From assembly GCA_965645245.1 (NCBI GenBank), contig OZ287070.1, positions 3,100,001-3,133,369 of the forward strand: DNA of 33,369 nt, written 5' to 3'. Made by a program: the position numbers and the translations under genes. Of this stretch, positions 22,994 to 33,369 are shown in pieces (position 1 is the stretch's first letter; each line of letters opens with the position of its first letter). Source of the stretch: Massalongia carnosa. Its lineage: Eukaryota. Below the pieces are notes generated by a model. That model ran no database searches, was not told the origin of the DNA, and saw only the letters and a program-made list of their open reading frames with translations.

Positions 22994-23327
22994 AGTGTAA
23001 ATGATGACTACTAGCATGACTACCACAAAACACGAATGCAACTTTTATTATATAAGTTAGGATTTTTAATTATTAGTAGATTTATTTTAATGACTATCAC
23101 AAAGTAAAGTGTAGATTGTAGATGAAATATTCACTTCGTTGACGTCGAACCAACAAAAAGACTATTACAAATTCATATGCTATCTTCTATCTTCTATCGA
23201 AGTATGTCGCCTATTCATCTCTTTCTATTCAAAACTTGTAAAGAAAGTCTCCCTCATGATGTCGGAATCCGGGGTGAAGGTTAGAACACAAGTGGTGGAT
23301 TTTTTGGGCGCAATCGGTCGGCAAGAA

Positions 23328-24339
23328 TGTAATACGGATGGCGTTAGAGGGATACGTGATCGCCTATGGCGGTTGCGGGATTAAATAGCGTGGACCATGC
23401 CGTAGTACGAAGTCGAATAAGCCGTCGAGGCTGACACACTGCCATCTTGCCCCGAAACTTCGGAGTTATTGTTATCACGTTCTTCACTACTTACAGATCA
23501 AACACCTGTCGAGGCCGTGGTGGTAGATTGCCATGGAGTGTAAGGCGGACTCCTGTGGAGACGCCGAGGAACTCTATATGGGATCTACTGGCCTACTCGG
23601 AGCTACTGGATCTCTTGATGGATCAAGAGAGGTAGCAGGAGGCACGGCTCGCTGGACGCAGCTTGAGCTAGGCTCCCCGGTGTAAACTTCAGCTTCAACC
23701 TTTATTACTACGTTGGTAGTGATGTCGGCTGAATGAACCTACATGACCTCGTTGTCTAGACCTTGTGTCTAGAGGCAGGTCAGCAGTGTAGCGAGGTATT
23801 CAGTCGGAGGTAACCTTCCATCACTAGGTAGTGGTGACGGCGAAATGAAGCTACATAGCCTGAGGCATGTAGTGAGGGATCTAGCCGGGGGTGGAATTGT
23901 TCTACCTTGCAAGGGAAGGTCTAGAAGGCTGCTCGAGGCTGACTAGATAATCCAGCGAACGCCGAGTTCGTGGATGGATCCTGAGGGATGGTTGGATGTA
24001 ATGCGATAAAGTCGGATGTGGATTGCAAGGCTGTAATTCTCGCAAGGCTCCTAAGGTTCCAAGGCTCCCAAGGCTATAGGCTTGGGGTGAGTAGGATAAA
24101 TACCAGAACGAATCTTGTAGTATTCGTTAGCAATTAGTCTTTATTCTATGAACAACCTACGTTTGGGTCTCGGACGAGATCTCTTGGTCTAAGCACTTCC
24201 ACATCCATTAGTTCTTTGGATCACGTACACTCTCGGAGACTAGCACGTAGTAGCTATCTTCCTCCTCTCACGCTGAGCATTTCCCCTTTCGAGATCAGTG
24301 TCGCTCGTGATAAGCTTACTGGTCTCGTAGCCCATTACA
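23328..24339 (+). mobile_element. Solo LTR (1012 bp)
   Basis: TGTAAT...ATTACA termini; 5-bp TSD AAGAA at 23323-23327 and 24340-24344; second copy at 32213-33220. Strand inferred from a TATA-like GATAAATA near 24095. Confidence 0.92.
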
Positions 24340-24735
24340 AAGAACTTCTATCGTCATTCTCATTCAGTCGTTAACCATTGTAAGCGTTGTTGGTTGCGTT
24401 GTGATGATTCAAAGAGGAGAAGTCGTGTCACTCGATTCCGCCGGAGCACCGTAACGCGCTAACCGAATTCGGGTTTTTTCCTGTATTTCTCATGTTAATA
24501 CTAATCTTAACCACGAGAAGTGATCGATTATGCGATGATATGAATGATGTGATTATGCCATGAGATCATGAGATGAGTAACTTAGACCTGTCATTGATTT
24601 TACATTCTTAGCTGCCGTTCTGGTAGATTTTATGGATTTTTTCTCGTGTCACCTACCGCGCTATCCGAATTAGGGTTTTTTGCTAAATTCCTCATCTCTA
24701 GGACTTCGACTGCTTAGCGTCACTCTTCCTCGATC

Positions 24736-25850
24736 ATGCCTTCTGCGGAGACATTGAAAAAATTATAAGGTAGGCCTCGAAAGTAATCTACTGCTGATGA
24801 AGCTGCAGCGGCCAAGAGACGGCAGAGTCGAGGTTATTACCACAATCCATCGCGCCCGGTTGGTCTCGCAGGTCCCGTCGACTTTGTTGCCTACGAGCCT
24901 CTACCTACATACGATATCCCTAGCGACACCCTGCCTGCCATTGGTCTGCGAACCAGCCTCCACATACCAATCCCTCCGGATCACGATATAGCGGAAGACT
25001 GTGAGGAAGAGCTTGAACCTGAAGCATACTAAGGATAATCCCCCCCGAACTGCAACTCCAAATTCCCTACACGAGGAACCCGAAGTCATTCAAAAAGTTG
25101 AGAAAATAGGCACAGAGGAGGTGACAAGTACTGAAGACGCTGACTATGATGTGGAGATCACGGCACGCTTGGAGGAGTCGGCAGCCTATCTCGAGGCAGC
25201 AGCAGTGCTCCAGGCACTACGAATTGGGCAACAAGAGAGGCAGGAGAGCAGCAAGGCCGGGTCACCGTATTCTGACTACGCCGCCTAGTAGTTTAGTGAT
25301 TTGAATCAGCAGTCCCTAGACACAACAGCACACCAATTCATAGTCCACCGAATACAGATATACAACAGGGTAGTTCACCGCATACTGCAGATACATGACG
25401 CAGTCACAGCAGGACTTCCAAGGCTCAGTCAAGTAGCACCAGTAGTAGACGTGGGACTTCGTTCCCAACGCAGATAAACACGCTATTATCATGGATGAAG
25501 CCTTTGACAGGTGTCGATTCTAACCCTACTTCGCCCACTTCACGCCCATCTCCAACCATTGCTATATCTACACCTACGCCCTCGGATCTTCATCAACCTG
25601 CTGGATCCGTCGAAGCACCACCACCCATGCCTTCAAGAGAACCCCCCCTAGGCCAAAGTCCACAACTAGCAGTACAGCAGGCACCGCGTAGCGCGCAGAG
25701 TGGCCACATCGCAAATCCGAGCCCTGGTCAACTTGAGAGCACATCCTCTAAGCTGGCCAAGCAGCTACGTAAATTCCGGTGCTGCACTCATGAGCAGCAT
25801 ACCGAAGCCGATCGGCAGCATGAAGAACACCACCAACGCCGAGGTGTGCA
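24736..25850 (+). pseudogene. Family X copy B1 (5' quarter only)
   Basis: Colinear with 26268-27388; breaks at the same nucleotide as A1 (cgccgaggtgtgca|agcgttg). Confidence 0.85.
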
Positions 25851-26267
25851 AGCGTTGTTGGTTGAGTTGAAATAGCTAAATTTAAGGTGTCCTTGAGAAT
25901 TACATGAAATGGAAAGGCGGTCGTGTCACTCGATTCTGCCGGAGCACCATACCGCGCTAACCGAATTCGGGTTTTTTCCTTTATTTCTCATGTGAATCCT
26001 AATCCTAACTACGAGAAGAAATCGATCATGCGATGTGAATGATTTTATCATGCGATGAGATCATGCGATGAGTAACTTAAACCTGTCATTGATTTTACAT
26101 TCTTAGCTGGCGTTCTGGTGGATTGTATTGATGTTTTCTGGTGTCACGTACCGCGTCGTGCGCGTTAACCAAATTAGGGTTTTTTCCTAATCCCTCATTG
26201 TTCAGAGCTATCGCGGTCTCTAGTCATCTCTAAGACTTCGACTGCTCAGCGTCACTCTTCCCCGATC

Positions 26268-29200
26268 ATGCCTTCTACGGAGCCATTGAAAAAACCAGGT
26301 GGTAGGCCTCGAAAGTACTCTACTGCTGATGAAGCTGCAGCGGCAAAGAGACGGCAGAATCGAGGCTATTACCACAATCCATCGCGCCCAGTTGGTCTTG
26401 CAGGTCCCGTCGACTTTGTTGCCTACGAGCCTCTACCTACATCCGATATTTCTAGCTACACCCTGCCTGCCATTGGTCTGCGAACCAGCCCAGACATACC
26501 AATCCCCCCGGATCGCGATATAGTGGAAGACTGTGAGGAAGAGCTTGAACCCGAAGCATACCTAACCCAGGACAACCCCCCTCGAACTGCAACTCCAAAT
26601 ACCCTACACGAGGAGCCCGAAATCATTCGACAAGTTGAGAAAATACGCACAGAGGAGGTGACAAATATTGAAGACGCAGACTATGATGCGGAGATCACGG
26701 CACGCTTGGAGGAGTCGGCAGCCCATCTCGAGGCAGCAGGAGTGCTCCAGGCACTACGAATTGGGCAAAAAGAGAGGCAGGAGAGCAGCAAGGCCGGGTC
26801 ACTGTATTCTGACTACGCTGCCCAGCAGTTTAGTGATGTCGAATCATCCGCATCTAGACACAACAGCACACCAATTCATAGTCCACCGAATACAGATATA
26901 CAACAGGGCAGTTTACCGCATACTGCAGATACACACCGCAGTCACCGCAGGACTTCTAAGGCTCAGTCAAGTAGTACCAGTAGTAGACGTGGGACTTCGT
27001 TCCCAACGCAGAGAAACACGCTATTATCGTGGATGAAGCCTTTGACAGGTGTCGATTGTAACCCTACTTCGCCCACTTCACGCCCATCTCCAACCATTGC
27101 TATATCTACACCTATGCCCTCGGATCTTCATCAACCTGCTGGATCCGTCGAAGCACCACCACCCGTGCCTTCAAGAGAACCCCCCCTAGGCCAAAGTCCA
27201 CAACCAGCAGTATAGCAGGCACCGCGTAGCGCGCAGAGTGGCCACATCGCAAATCCGAGCCCTGGTCAACTAGAGAGCACATCCTCTAAGCTGGCCAAGC
27301 AGCTACGTAAATTCCGGTGCTGCACTCATGAGCAGCATACCGAAGCCGATCGCCAGCATGAAGAACACCACCGACGCCGAGGTGTGCACTCAGAGTGCTC
27401 ATCCATACCGGATATTACTTCCATTGTTAAAGGGTTACACAATGGGGGCACTCCGCTTCCCGATGTCCTCAAAAGCCCCCGACTGATGAGAGCCACCGAT
27501 ATCCAGTGCGTCGGCTACAAGGCGGCATTCGAAGGCACTACTATTGCTCGCCTGGACGAAGCCAATCCCCATAACGATGGACTACCTCCGAGTCTTTGCC
27601 TGTCCAAGAAACACGCTACAAGTCGGAAGAATCGTCAACCAAGGGTCAGTTTTGACATCGACAGCACCTGTTGTTTCCCCCAGAGTCTCGGGTTTGCCCG
27701 TCGCGGGATAGAGTGGTTCCCCAAGGCCCATCCCGTCCTCAATCTCACGGGCGACATACACTTTGGGTTGAATGTCCCTGGTTCCACGATCATGGACAAT
27801 CCATCCCTAAGATATGTCCCGCTGCATAAGATATCCCACTACTGCTTTGGGCGCGTTGTTGGCATGAGCGATCTTCTCATGTTTATCTTCTCTCCCGCCC
27901 TGCACAAAGAAAGCGATCATGAGCATACCTCGTATCTCAGTAAGCGCGATGAGCAGCTCTGGTTGGATGGCATCCTCCTTCCCTGTATCACCAAGGTTGT
28001 TAAGTCTTCCAACATACTGCTGAACTATCCGGCCTCTTCTCGCATAGCCGACCTTGCATGCACGGCGATATCTGCAGAGAGCCTCAAACGGAAGGAGTCT
28101 GCCAACCAGCAGTTAGTTGCCCATACGATCCAGCCGCGGTACCTCGATGAGCTCTGGACCTTGGTTGGTAGGACCATAGATGAGAATCCTGGGTTTCATC
28201 GGTTCCAAGGCGCAACACTGTTCACGCATTCCAAGAACACCAAGCTGGCAACTAATGACTCTACTGGTTTGGTCGAAGCATACAATGGCTGGAAGAGGCA
28301 GTGGCTGGATGCAGCAGATCCGGAATTCTACAACCCAGATCGCACCTTTGTGAACATTGCAAAGCAGATTACCTCACAGGACAGCGCGCTTCCTTATGAT
28401 CAGATACCAGAGAACCACGAAGCCGAGGTGTTCTTGTGGAAGAAGTGCTGCCTAGATGAGTATTGCAGGACGAGGATGGTCCTCAACCCGGATGGAAGCA
28501 AGGCTAAAGGGAACCCGAAGCGTACTGTATACTCCTCGGCTACCATGCGAGATACGATGAGCCAGACGCTGTTTGCTGCACCGCAGGGTGACGAGACCAA
28601 GGATGGGCTGATATATTCTCAGTTCTATATGCTCGCCAAGAATCTATTCGACTCTTCGAAAGTGTACGTCTTTAATAACGACTCAGTGGAGAACCTAGCC
28701 CTGGACCCTGGATATGTGCGTTCTCTGCAACAGGAGGGCGGAGGTATCACGTTCTCTAGGGGTGTGTGTGAGTTTGCCTATCTCCACAGCAAGAAGCGGG
28801 CTCATGCAAACCTCATAGACAGTCGCTGGAAGTCTTATGGAGTGAGGGAAGAACATCGGATATCCCTAACCATGATGGAGGAGATATATGAACAGTGGTG
28901 CCAGTGGGACCTCTACGACGCAGACGACATAGCAGACACCCCGTCTCCACTGGCATATTACATTGTACCTACAATCGACTTTGTATGCCTCCTCCACGCC
29001 CAGATCAACAAATACTGCTTCCTGTTCAAGCATGTTCTTGCCCACACAGCTAAGACGTACTCGCTGCCTGAGACCATCATCATGGTTGGAGCGCTGCGAG
29101 GACTCCGCTTCTGCTACGGTGGAAATATGCTGGCGCGAGAGTCCCTACTGTTTAAGGACCGGTGGAGGGTTGTCCAAGGAGGGAAGACCATCGTCAAGGA

Positions 29201-30548
29201 AGGACTCGGGATGAAGGAGAGTATAGAGCTATCCGGGTTAGGGTGGTTCAAGCCTAAGATCAACTGGGAGACGTGGCGACTAGCAGCACCACATGGTGAG
29301 AACATCCTGGTTGGGAACATGCTTATGCACGAGGAGTATAAGCGAAGGTGGAGAGTAGTAAAGGATCTCCGCGACGTCTTCATTCGTTTCAACCAAGCGG
29401 CGTCATGGTATGAGAGGTACAATGTGCAGGAGAACCCTCGATTGCTTAAGTCCTGGCTGGAGTACCTTCACGTTCTTAACCTCGAGCAGTTTGACGCAGA
29501 TATCTGGAAGGCCATGCACAAGATCAACAAGCAGACTATGGAGCTAAGACGCGAAGGTGCAAAGCCGCCTGCAGAGTTTAGGTTCTGCTACCGTGACATG
29601 AAGAGGATGTTCCTAGTCGACGCAGTTACTGGACAGCCAGGTTCACCGCACATGGACACCGGGAACAAGATGCGGTTCGACAAGGCTATAGGTCTCCTCA
29701 ACTTCCTATTCCTATCCGATGAGGAAGAGCGGCGTGGCTGGGGTAACAAGCCGTACCGCGTGATCCTGAACAAGACCTTCGTGATGCTAGAACAGCGTCT
29801 TGGGTACGACCTGGCGGATCGATGGCTTAATGACTTCTTACACCTCATCCGGCTGACGCACTGGATCCTTCCATACCCGTCTAATGGGGGTCTCATTACG
29901 TCGACCAAGACCAGTCAGAGCCGGGGACTTAGGCGGCAGATGATGTGGTTCTCGATGGTCTACGCAGACCCAGCGCACGCCGAAGTCCCGTTCAAGCACC
30001 CTCCTTCAACGCTGTATAGTCTTTTGAGCCGTGCCCGGGCACAAACATTTGGACGTTCCCAGGAAGAGCCGCGATGGGGCACGGCACAGCTCCTAGCAGC
30101 ATTCAAGGTGGAGGGGGTCCTGGCCAGTGGGCAGGAGGATTTCTGGGTTGCCGGAAAGATGAGCATAGGATATGGGGGACTCGAGCCTCTCTGGGAGCGT
30201 GGGCATCCACCGAGGCTGAAGATGCTCGAGGAGATCCGGCAGAAGAGCCTAGATGAGCTTGAAGAGCTGATGGCTGGACAGAGTGTCGAGCCGGCAGCTA
30301 ATGGCGCGGCGGCAGACGACGAGCCAGAAATTGACGACGTAATAGATCATCAAGCCCAGGGTGGCGAGGCTGGTAGGGGGGCCGATGCACCAGCTCCGCG
30401 TGCAGCTGCCATTGCGGCTGTTGCTGCTGGCCGTAGCGTGTTTGCCGCGTTTGCCAGGAGTTCTAATGCTAGCCAGAGTGGTGACAGTCTAGCTGCTGGG
30501 AGTAACAGTGGCAGTAGCGTGTTTGTCCCATCTAACCCATATGCTTAA
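26268..30548 (+). pseudogene. Family X copy B2: full-length ~1426-aa uncharacterised protein with one in-frame TAG
   Basis: The 315-aa and 1054-aa ORFs share a frame. The only interruption is TAG at 27213-27215, where A1 and B1 have CAG. N-terminal GGRPRKY AT-hook-like motif. Confidence 0.9.
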
Positions 30549-30644
30549 ATGCACCGTAGGTACGGTGGAATATAACTCTTAGGGACCAGATTTACTTAAG
30601 CGGCGTACATGTCATCTGGGGGGGTACGGTGGAATAACTTTCAA
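30549..30644 (+). other. 96-bp 3' terminal module of family X, variant B
   Basis: Hairpin caccgta-gg-tacggtg; exact 14-bp direct repeat ggtacggtggaata at 30559 and 30623; core shared with 13819-13914. Confidence 0.75.
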
Positions 30645-31214
30645 GGGTTGGGTGCTATTCTACCCTCTGGGCCGATTTTCTTGATTCAAGCGGTCATAGA
30701 TAGCCCGTCTTCGAAATTGTAACATATACTTCAAGGGAAAAATTCCGATCATTCCTTGATTTTAGAAAAATCGCGGCGAAAAGGGTGTTTGAGGAGGTTT
30801 TGAGCGGTGAAAGTACAGGAACATCAAAACGCGCCGCCGCTTAACATCAGCAGATGATGAGTACCGTGAAATATAATGTATATATAAATTGTACAGTTTC
30901 ACTCGGCGATTCCGAATATGCAAAAATGAACGTTGTCGCATTAAAATATAGTTGTCAATTCCATAAAACCATTCAACTTCATTCAACATGAGATCCCGCT
31001 TGCGCCCACTTTGCGAATAAGCGAGAGCCCATATCCCTAACCACACAATGGAAAGCAAAACTTTCGCACTTTTTAGCTAGCACTAGAAATAGCATTCGTT
31101 ACCAATACAAGCCCTCAATAGTCATTGTGATCAGGTAGAATTGCTCCCCGACTCTGTAGCTATCTTGGCCGAAAGTTATATCGTCCCTTCTGTTGTGGCT
31201 GCATTGTTGCAACC

Positions 31215-32212
31215 ATGGGGAGCTCTTTTGTCATGCCCAACGACGCCCTCCCCGATTCACTAGACGAGCATCGTCACTTCCTCACCAATGTGTTTAATAA
31301 CATAATTAACTGCGAGGCATATCAGAAGCAAAGACCTATGAAGGTTTAGTCTTACACCCTGTTACTCTCCAGTATGCTCAGCCTACTGGAGAAGATGCGC
31401 AACCAGCCCACGATTGATCAGCTCCAAGCTACCATCAACCAAATAAAGAACACTACAGAGCAAACGCTCACTAAAGTCACCTATGTCGAGCGAAAGCAAG
31501 ACACCCCCCGCACAACACCCACTACCTCCTCCGCGGCCACTACTGGCTACAAGAGGACGATGACCTGGGCAGAACGGGCAGCCTTTGCTGCCTCGGCCCC
31601 AACGATCTCTACACTTTCGGGGACGTCCATCCCTGCTCCTATACTAGAAGAGAAAGCTCGTGAAATCGTCGTCAAACTGAACAACGAAGCCATAGCAAAG
31701 GATCTGGCCAAACTGGCCTCCTCAGCGCTCAAAGAAAGAATCAACGCGGCAATATCTAACGCGTTAAAGGATCATAACAACACGAGAATTCCGACCAATC
31801 AAAACGCTCCGGCCCCCCCTATTTCCAATGGCACAGCCACGGCAGCAGCCGTAGCAATAGCAGCAAGGGTCCTCCCTATCGGAGACCTACAGGTAATAGT
31901 CAACAACGCCTCAGACACGGAACGCTAAGAAAAGACACCCGATGGGCCATCAGCCTATCGAGCAAAAGCTACTATAATACAGCCAAGCTTCGGTTTAATC
32001 GCGCACTTTGTACCGGCTAATGTAAGCATGACAGACATCAAGGAACGCCTCTGGGAGGAAAATAAGTCACATATGCCCGTTAGGAATAGGGTAACAGAAG
32101 TAGAATGGTTGTCCCGCACGAGTAAGATAGGAGCCACAGCTAGATGCATGGTGGTATACTTTGAGAACGAATTAGACTGCAACACCATTTTGGCCTCGCA
32201 GCTATATTTGGA
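31215..32212 (+). pseudogene. Non-LTR retrotransposon (Tad1-like LINE) ORF1, truncated by the LTR insertion
   Basis: Coiled-coil-like region, TWAERAA, REIVVKL, ARVLPIGDL, FGLIAHFVP, CMVVYF..E..CN.IL; TAG at 31347 and a frameshift near 31925. Confidence 0.7.
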
Positions 32213-33220
32213 TGTAATGGGCTACCAGACCAGTAAGCTAATCACGAGCGACACTGATCCCGAAAGGGGAAATGCTCAGCGTGAGAGGTGGAAGATAGCT
32301 ACTACGTGCTAGTCTCCGAGAGTATATGTGATCCAAAGAACTAATGGATTTGGAAGTGCTTAGACCAAGAGATCTCGTCCGAGACCCAAACGTAGGTAGT
32401 TCATAGAATAAAGACTAATTGCTAACGAATAATACCGGATTCGTTCTGGTATTTGTCCTACTTACCCCAAGCCTATAGCCTTGGGAGCCTTGGAACCTTA
32501 GGAGCCTTGCAACGCACATCTGACCTTATCGCCTTACATCCAACCATCCCTCAGGATCCATCTACGAACTCGGCGTTCGCTGGATCATCTAGTCAGCCTC
32601 GAGCAGCCTTCTAGACCTTCCCTTGCAAGGTAGAACACTTCTACCTGCGGCTAGATCCCTCATTACATTGCTAGCCTGCCTCTAAACATAAAGTCTAGAC
32701 GCCGAGGCTATGTAGCTTCATTTCGCCGTCACCACTACCAACGTAGCGATGGAAGGTTACCTCCGACTGAATCTCTATCTACACTGCGGATCTGCCTCTA
32801 GACACAAGGTCTAGACCACAAGGTCATGTAGGTTCATTCAGCCGATATCACTACCAACGTAGCAATAAAGGTGGAAGCTGAAGTTTACACCGGGGAGGCC
32901 GAGCTCAAGCTGCGTCCAGCTAGCCTTGCCTCCTGCTACAACTCTTGATCCAATCAAGAGATCGAGTAGCTCCGAGTAGGCCAGTAGATTCCATATAGAG
33001 TTCACGGCTTCTCCACAGGAGTTCGCCTTACTCCATGGCAATCTACCACCACGGCCTCGACAGGTGTTTGATCTGTAAGCAGTCTAGAACGTAGTAACAA
33101 CTAATTCGGAGTTGTGTGGCAAGGTGGCGTCGTGTCAACCTCGACGGCTGTGCGACTAAGTACTACGGCCTGACTCATGCTAGTTAATCCCGCAACCGCC
33201 GTAGGCGATCACGTATCCCT
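32213..33220 (-). mobile_element. Inverted second copy of the 1012-bp LTR, lacking its last 20 bp
   Basis: Reverse complement of 23348-24339 with substitutions and indels; intact terminus TGTAATGG at 32213. Confidence 0.92.
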
Positions 33221-33369
33221 TAGGGTTAGGGTTAGGGTTAGGGTTAGGGTTAGGGTTAGGGTTAGGGTTAGGGTTAGGGTTAGGGTTAGGGTTAGGGTTA
33301 GGGTTAGGGTTAGGGTTAGGGTTAGGGTTAGGGTTAGGGTTAGGGTTAGGGTTAGGGTTAGGGTTAGGG
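33220..33369 (+). repeat. Telomere, (TTAGGG)25
   Basis: Perfect TTAGGG array to the end of the window, G-rich strand running outward. Confidence 0.99.

Noticed and set aside
27213..27215. TAG-CAG as programmed readthrough in family X
   Set aside because: Sister copies A1 and B1 have CAG here; it fits a RIP-type C->T change
30549..30644. Fanzor/TnpB omega-RNA interpretation of the 3' module
   Set aside because: No RuvC motifs or C-terminal CxxC zinc ribbon recognisable in the X protein, and the variable blocks are internal and self-complementary rather than a 3' guide
31035..31042. CCCTAACC upstream of the LINE as a telomere-targeted (MoTeR-like) insertion
   Set aside because: A single repeat unit, and the ORF looks like a Tad1-type ORF1 rather than a telomere-specific element
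30645..31090. Possible DNA-transposon terminus and 98-aa minus-strand ORF
   Set aside because: No partner TIR or recognisable protein motif in the window

Overview
Right end of a filamentous ascomycete chromosome. It ends in 25 TTAGGG repeats and shows mild RIP-like CpA->TpA damage. Almost all of it is mobile or repetitive DNA, and no ordinary host gene is recognisable. In order, it holds: (1) the 3' half of a chromodomain Ty3/Gypsy element, split by an intact 4.4-kb tyrosine-recombinase (Ngaro/DIRS-class) retrotransposon that has only 8-bp terminal inverted repeats; (2) the MULE transposase remnant that this Gypsy inserted into; (3) a second Gypsy gag-protease remnant carrying a solo LTR and a copia-type TRIM; (4) five full or partial copies of an unrecognised ~1426-codon gene ('family X'), two of which end in a 96-bp module with a conserved core and copy-specific covarying 8-mers, suggesting a possible novel rolling-circle-type element; (5) a copia integrase fragment; (6) a telomere-linked RecQ helicase pseudogene containing a tyrosine-recombinase-like domain; (7) a pol-less LTR element; (8) a 1012-bp solo LTR; (9) a LINE ORF1 remnant; (10) an inverted second copy of the 1012-bp LTR, cut 20 bp before its end and capped directly by telomere repeats. 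All family assignments come from reading motifs by eye; no searches were run.
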